Program-made: the position numbers and the translations under genes
Source: Candidatus Aminicenantes bacterium
GTDB taxonomy: Bacteria > Acidobacteriota > Aminicenantia > UBA2199
Assembly (NCBI GenBank): GCA_963822075.1
Contig: CAWGGP010000001.1
Span: 298,916-362,915 of the forward strand
Direction: 5' to 3'
DNA length: 64,000 bases
Shown here: positions 60,732 to 64,000 of the stretch, in pieces
Numbering within the stretch: position 1 is the first letter of the stretch
Layout of the letters: the number at the start of each line of letters is the position of its first letter
Notes under the pieces: generated by a model
The model's input: only the letters and a program-made list of their open reading frames with translations
Database searches by the model: none
What the model was told of the DNA's origin: nothing

Positions 60732-62646
60732 TCCGGCGGCGGGAGTCTCCGGGTGAGTCCCGCTGGCGGGACGGTGCGGCCGCGTCGGTGCGCGGCGGTT
60801 CGGCGGCGTCGAGCATGATCTGCTGGATGCGGGCGATGCTGGCCTCGGTGTCGCTCAGGATGCCCTCGCGCAGCTTCATGTTGTCCAGCAGCTGCAGGGC
60901 CAGGTTTTTCAGCAGCGGCGCCGCGGGGTCGGCCTTGTGCAGGGCGATCATCTTCCGGATCAGGGGATGGCCGGGGTTGATCTCGAAGACGCGCTTGGAG
61001 AGCTGGTAGTCCTTGTTGACCATCTTCATGATCTTTTCCATCTGCACCGAGGGGCCGTCGGCCGGGTTGAGCAGCAGGCAGGGGCTGTCGGTCAGGCGCT
61101 TGGAGATCTTCACGTCCTGGATCTGTTCGCCGTAGATCGCCTTCAGGTAGGTGATCAGGTTTTCCGCGTCCTTGGCCAGCGCCGCGTCGTCGGCCCCGCC
61201 CTTTTCCTCGAGGGGGATGTCGGCGCTTTCGGCCATTTTGAAGGCCTTCTTGTCGTACTCGCGCAAATGGTCGAGGACGAATTCGTCCAGGGGATCGGTC
61301 AGGTACAGGACCTCGTAGTCCTTTTTGCGGAAGATCTCCAGGGCCGGGTTCTTTTCGATGGTCTGGCGGTCGCTGCCGCCCAGGAAGTAGATCTCCTTCT
61401 GCCCCTCGGGCATGCGCCCGACGTATTCCTTCAGGTCGGTCAGCCCGTCGCCCGCGGTCTTGGAGCTGGGAAAGAGCAGCAGCTGCGAGAGCTTTTCGCG
61501 GTTGTCGAAGTCGCTGACCGCGCCCTCCTTGAAATTCTTGGCGAAGTTCTTCCAGATGCCGAGGTACTGCTCGCGGTTCTTGTCCTTGATCCCCTCCAGG
61601 TGCTCCAGGAGCTTTTTCAGCACGTGCTTGCGGATCTTGTCGATGCGCACGTTGTTCTGGATGGTTTCGCGCGAGATGTTCAGCGGGATCTCCTCGGAAT
61701 CGATGACCCCTTTGACGAAGCGCAGGTACTCGGGCATGATCTCCTTGGAGCCCTTCTGGATCAGGACCTTCTTGGAATAGAGGTCGACGCCGGGCTCGGC
61801 CTTCATCAGCCCCAGCAATTCGAACGAGGTCTTGGGCACGTACAGGATGGCCGCGAACTGCACCGGGGCGTCGGATTGCAGGTGCAGGTAGGTTTCCGGG
61901 TCTTCCTCGGTATTGTCGAAGAATTTATAAAAATCCACGTAATCCTTCTCGCTCAGCTTCGACTTGGGCTGGGTCCAGATGGCGTCCTGGCGCTCGATCT
62001 TTTCGCCGTCCAGGTAGATGGGGAAGGGGACGAACTTGGAGTGCTTGAGGATGATGGTCTTCAGCCGGTAGGCTTCCAGGAATTCCTTTTCGTCCTTTTT
62101 GAGCAGCAGCTCGATGCGCGTGCCGCGCCCCTCTTTCTCCGTCTCCTCGATGGTGTAGCTGCTTTCCCCAGTCGACTTCCACAGCCAGGCCGGGCTGCCC
62201 GGGCGCCAGGAGCGGCTGGCGATGTGGATCTCCTTGGCGACCATGAAGCTGGAGTAGAAGCCGACGCCGAACTTGCCGATCAGGTCCACCCCCTTTTTCC
62301 CGGGCGTTGCGCTGATCTTTTTCAGGTAGTCCAGCGTGCCGGAATGGGCGATGGTGCCGATGTTGGCGACCAGCTCCTCCTTGCTCATGCCGACGCCGTT
62401 GTCCTCGATGACCAGCTTGTTGTGCTTCTTGTCGACGGTGACGGTGATCTTCAGCTCCTGGTCCTTGCCTTCCAGGTCGGGCTCGGTCAGGATCTCGAAC
62501 TGCATCTTGTTCAGGGCGTCGGAGGCGTTGGACACCAGCTCGCGCAGGAAGACCTCCTTGTTTTTATAGAGCGAGTAGACGAGGATGTCGAGCAGTTGCT
62601 TGACCTCCGACTGGAATTCGAATGTTTGTTCTTTTTCCTCGGCCAT
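60604..62646 (-). CDS. htpG: Chaperone HtpG (Hsp90); true stop probably near 60728
   Basis: YSLYKNKEVFLRELVSNASDAL, NIGTIAHSGT, IGKFGVGFYS, PLNISRE, EINPGHPLI. Confidence 0.97.
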   Translation of the reverse strand: MAEEKEQTFEFQSEVKQLLDILVYSLYKNKEVFLRELVSNASDALNKMQFEILTEPDLEGKDQELKITVTVDKKHNKLVIEDNGVGMSKEELVANIGTIAHSGTLDYLKKISATPGKKGVDLIGKFGVGFYSSFMVAKEIHIASRSWRPGSPAWLWKSTGESSYTIEETEKEGRGTRIELLLKKDEKEFLEAYRLKTIILKHSKFVPFPIYLDGEKIERQDAIWTQPKSKLSEKDYVDFYKFFDNTEEDPETYLHLQSDAPVQFAAILYVPKTSFELLGLMKAEPGVDLYSKKVLIQKGSKEIMPEYLRFVKGVIDSEEIPLNISRETIQNNVRIDKIRKHVLKKLLEHLEGIKDKNREQYLGIWKNFAKNFKEGAVSDFDNREKLSQLLLFPSSKTAGDGLTDLKEYVGRMPEGQKEIYFLGGSDRQTIEKNPALEIFRKKDYEVLYLTDPLDEFVLDHLREYDKKAFKMAESADIPLEEKGGADDAALAKDAENLITYLKAIYGEQIQDVKISKRLTDSPCLLLNPADGPSVQMEKIMKMVNKDYQLSKRVFEINPGHPLIRKMIALHKADPAAPLLKNLALQLLDNMKLREGILSDTEASIARIQQIMLDAAEPPRTDAAAPSRQRDSPGDSRRRINPFPGPGWPRSRKSSAGRRRRAVRRPAAAARCWPPSRRATS

Positions 62647-62801
62647 CTTCTTCTCCTTATTGTCGTTCCTGCCCCGATTATACCACTCCTGTCAAGGAAA
62701 ATTCCCGGCAGCGCGCCGGGCAGGAGTTGAAAAAAAACCGCCTTTTGCATACAATGGCCCTTGCGGGAAAAATACGTTGTCCATATGAAAAAGGAGGAAA
62801 A

Positions 62802-64000
62802 ATGGCTGTGACCGTGACCGGGAAGAACCTGAAAGTCGAAGATGTGTATAAGGTGGCCTACGGCCTGGAGAAGGTCGAGCTCCACCCCGACGCCGTCGAA
62901 AGGATCAAGCAATGCCGCGCCTTCATCGAGAAGCGCATCGAGGCCCGCGAGATCATGTACGGGGTCAATACCGGCATCGGCGAGTTTTCCGAGGTGGTGC
63001 TGACCGACGAGCAGGTCGGCCAGTTCCAGAAATACCTGATCTACAACCACGCGGCCGGCATCGGCACGCCGGTGCCCATCCCCGAGGTGCGGGCGGCCAT
63101 GCTGGCGCGCATCAACGTCCACGCCAACGGCTATTCGGGCTGCCGCCCGGACATCACCCTGACCTACGTGGACATGCTGAACAAGGGGGTGACGCCGGTG
63201 GTCTGCAACAAGGGCAGCGTCGGCGCCTGCGGCGACCTGGCGCCCATGAGCCAGATCGCGCTGCTGCTCATGGGCGAGGGCGAGGCTTTTTTCAACGGCG
63301 AGCGCCTGAGCGGCGCCGCGGCCATGAAGAAGGCCGGCATCCCCGTGCCGGGCTTGAAGGCCCGCGACGGCCTGGCGGCCATCAACGGCAGCAACCTGAT
63401 CAACGGCATGGCCTGCCTGCAGATCTACGAGACCGAGCGGCTGCTCAAGCAGGCCGAGATCGCCGCCGCCATGACCCTGGAGGCGCTGATGGCCAACATG
63501 AAGCCCTACGACGCCCGCCTGCACAAGCTGCGCGGCTTCCAGGGCGCGGTCACCTCGGCGGAGAACATCAAGCACATCATCGAGGGCTCCGACCTGCTGG
63601 GCAAGGTCAAGGTCAAGGTGCAGGACGCCTACAGCATGCGCTCCACGCCGCAGGTGCTGGGCGCCGCCCGCGACCAGTTGCGCTGGACGCGCAGCCAGAT
63701 CGAGATCGAGCTCAACGGCGTGGGCGACAACCCCATCTTCCTGGCCGACGACAAGGTGGTGCTCACCGGCGCCAACTTCCAGGGCTCGCCGATCTCGGTG
63801 CCCCTGGACATGATGGGCGCCTGCGTCACCATGGCCTGCGTCATCTCCGAGCGGCGCCTGAACCGCCTGCTCAACCCGGCGCTGAGCGTGGGGCTGCCCG
63901 CCTTCCTGACCAAGGGCGCCGGCATGTACTCGGGCCACATGCTCAGCCAGTACACGGCGGACATGCTGATCGTCGAGCAGCGCATCCTCTCCATGCCCGC
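62802..64000 (+). CDS. hutH: MIO-dependent aromatic amino-acid ammonia-lyase, HutH-like (runs off window end)
   Basis: Manual translation: YGVNTGIG, NHAAG, GSVGACGDLAP, DGLAAING, VQDAYSMRSTPQV, DNP, GANFQG, SERR; AAGGAGG SD; absent from the ORF track. Confidence 0.85.
   Translation, partial: MAVTVTGKNLKVEDVYKVAYGLEKVELHPDAVERIKQCRAFIEKRIEAREIMYGVNTGIGEFSEVVLTDEQVGQFQKYLIYNHAAGIGTPVPIPEVRAAMLARINVHANGYSGCRPDITLTYVDMLNKGVTPVVCNKGSVGACGDLAPMSQIALLLMGEGEAFFNGERLSGAAAMKKAGIPVPGLKARDGLAAINGSNLINGMACLQIYETERLLKQAEIAAAMTLEALMANMKPYDARLHKLRGFQGAVTSAENIKHIIEGSDLLGKVKVKVQDAYSMRSTPQVLGAARDQLRWTRSQIEIELNGVGDNPIFLADDKVVLTGANFQGSPISVPLDMMGACVTMACVISERRLNRLLNPALSVGLPAFLTKGAGMYSGHMLSQYTADMLIVEQRILSMP

Noticed and set aside
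60604-60790. Novel C-terminal extension of HtpG overlapping the convergent gene
   Set aside because: A one-base shift gives a TAA at 60728-60730 abutting the neighbour's stop; most likely an indel artefact.
60937-63938. Long ORFs opposite htpG and the ammonia-lyase
   Set aside because: Shadow ORFs; the real genes have full motif sets on the other strand.

Overview
GC-rich chromosomal segment of a diderm, LPS-producing, probably anaerobic bacterium. Gene content and protein styles suggest Candidatus Aminicenantes/Acidobacteriota, which is an inference. Core genes: rph (partial), lpxL-lpxK-waaA, a short glmU, hfq, pdxA, argS, recD2, mutS, a nucleotide-sugar operon (epimerase, ugd, glmS, rfbA, rfbD), prfB with its programmed +1 frameshift, a TrmJ-type methylase, cysS, coaE, htpG and a partial MIO ammonia-lyase. 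There are two ECF sigma/anti-sigma operons and a GldAFG/DUF4340 ABC module. Accessory blocks lie at about 16-26 kb, 32.5-34.7 kb (AT-rich) and 46-51 kb. Many genes, including cysS and mutS, carry single-base frameshifts, often in homopolymers, which points to long-read indel errors rather than decay. I found no rRNA, tRNA, CRISPR array or transposase. Best leads: (1) a Cys-rich operon of DsrE/SaoD-like protein, AmrS-like radical SAM and PaaK-like adenylating enzyme; (2) an HtrA-like protein that has lost all three catalytic residues, in an ECF operon; (3) an ammonia-lyase with Ala-Cys-Gly instead of Ala-Ser-Gly at the MIO site; (4) a secreted beta-propeller with an FN3-like C-terminal domain paired with a small beta-barrel; (5) recurrent leaderless promoter architecture; (6) an inverted heptamer-repeat element.
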